NCBI GenBank assembly: GCA_043228905.1
Contig: JBHGNT010000003.1
Coordinates: 25,730,001 to 25,794,000 of the forward strand
Direction of reading: 5' to 3'
From: Azolla caroliniana
Taxonomy: Eukaryota; Plantae; Polypodiophyta
Length of the DNA: 64,000 nt
The notes beneath the pieces are model-generated. The model was not told the origin of the DNA, made no database searches, and saw only the letters and a list, made by a program, of their open reading frames with translations. Position 1 is the first letter of the stretch. The number at the start of each line of letters is the position of its first letter. This document shows positions 62,387-64,000 of this stretch, one piece after another. A program made the translations under genes and the position numbers.

Positions 62387-64000
62387 TGTCGCGAAGATGC
62401 GCGTGCGAGCGTGCTTCGCTTGAGCGGGACCACCGGGGTCTTGGACCAAGGAGGATGTCCGTCAAGGTATTGAGAAGAGGACGATGTGAATGTAAGATTG
62501 GAGGAAGACCTATTACACTTGAGAAGATTGAAGATTGTACACTTTGAGAAGTAGATAAATAATTACAAGATAGATGCGAAGAAGAAGAAATAGAAGCTTA
62601 TATTATTGATGGTGATGATGATGGTCATATCATATTGAGCCCCCCCCTTTACACAAGCCATACTAGGGGTTTTATAGGTTTGTCCATGCACAAAACCATG
62701 GGCTTGGAGCCATGGTTTCTGTGCACACAGTTTTGCTTTGTGACATGCAAAAAACCATGGGCTTAAAACCGTGGTTTTGTGTACATGGTTTTGTACGTTT
62801 GTTTCCTATGGAATACTGAATATGAGAAAGAAATATAGAACATCTAAAGCACTTAGTAGTAGCTTTAGTGGTAAGGTAATTGCCTCTTATCTTAGAGGTG
62901 CAAGGTTCAAATCCTACTTGCAACCCTCTACATGCACTCAATGCCATTGTGACCTAGGTTTATTTATTTTCATTTTTACAAGTATTCGTGAAATGTGTGT
63001 GGATCCTCAATTTTTTACTTTTTCTCGCACTAGACATGCCACATCACGACATCCACCCCCACCAAACCGCACATCCTCCGGTATGTGCCAAGTAGAAAAG
63101 AGTGATGTGGAAGGGTCAAAGGTGGTTGGTGTTTGATTTCCTCCTTTCTTGTGCCTCGTCCGCACCGTCTTTTTGTCGTATACTTCGAACTGTCGTTGCC
63201 ATCCGATCCACCATATCGTTCGCTCACCTTTTTTATTGCCATGTCTAGTTGTCATGGCTCCCTTTGCTCCTCCCGAGCATAACGCTTCATGCCTCATGCA
63301 TGTGCCACCTTCATCTCGACCATCTCCTTGGTCACCTAACTTTCCTTTATCATCATTTCTCGTCTCATGCTTGCCTTTCCTTATGCTCACTAGCCTCAAC
63401 CGGGTGTCACGACTCGTCTGCTTTGACCTCCGCCTAGGCCGGTTCAACTTTTGTCTGTCTCGACCAATCAGCTTCTAGCTTGGTCAGCCTTCCTCCGGAT
63501 TCACATTCGGCCGAATCAGACTCAGACGATCGACTTTCGTCCGGGTCAGTTTCCATCCGGTTTTCGGTTGGGTCGGGCCCGTTTGATCAACTCTCGTTCG
63601 GGTCGGCTTCCGTTCGGGTCGGAATACCAACCGCGTCATCTTCCATCCGGATTCTATTCTGGTTCTTCCTTTCTTGCCGCTATCTGGCTCTTCATCGAAC
63701 TCTATTGTAGCTTTGTTTTTGGCGTCCTTGTTGGCCACCGTTCCTCTGTATGCGCTGGCGTCGACCCTCATCTCCTCGCCGCCACCTTCCATCTCTTCGG
63801 TCTTATGTTCGCTCTCAGGCACAACTGCCAAAGTCTCCAGAATCGGTGTGGAGGGATTCCGTCGTCTGTGGCCATCTTCCTCATCGTTGTTTTGGTCCTT
63901 CGATTTCCAGCCGCCACCTTCCGTCTCTCCGGTCTCACGTTGACACTCGGGCACAACTGCCGAAGTCTCAGGAACAATTGTGGGGAGAACCTCGACACCA
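62387..64000. mobile_element. Third nested insertion (probable LTR retroelement) truncating the copia B integrase
   Basis: The integrase reading stops abruptly at TGTCGCG...; unrelated, partly GC-rich sequence follows to the window end. Confidence 0.5.
62853..62922 (+). other. tRNA-like / Pol III box A-box B remnant (SINE head or tRNA pseudogene)
   Basis: TAGCTTTAGTGGT (A-box-like), stem-loop GCCTCT-TATCTT-AGAGGT, GGTTCAAATCC (B box). Confidence 0.45.

Noticed and set aside
63007-63998. Several 70-156-aa ORFs as host genes
   Set aside because: Low complexity, overlapping on both strands, no recognisable motif, and inside a transposon nest.

Overview
AT-rich, intron-containing land-plant genomic DNA; the PPR relics, GDSL lipases, ferritin and transposon load suggest a fern or another seed-free plant (inference). 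Host genes: a PLAC8-family gene, a tetraspanin, an 8-exon plastid ferritin and two GDSL lipases. The second GDSL sits in a duplicated ferritin-GDSL block. Pseudogenes include PPR relics, a ferritin remnant and a MASE1-like gene. Mobile DNA includes L1-type LINEs, nested Ty1/copia elements and hAT- and Tc1/pogo-type MITEs. The standout is a 9.3-kb DNA transposon (11402-20728) with 36-bp TIRs and an ATCT target duplication, inserted in a PPR relic. It carries a Sola-like DDD transposase and, divergently, an intact 6-exon gene for a predicted 974-aa protein. That protein fuses a ParB-like domain to a bacterial/phage-type beta-class N4-cytosine/N6-adenine DNA methyltransferase. The gene's first intron holds 12 palindromes at a 51-52-bp period. 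A 1.14-kb near-perfect palindrome made of two inverted hAT MITE copies under a single TSD also stands out.
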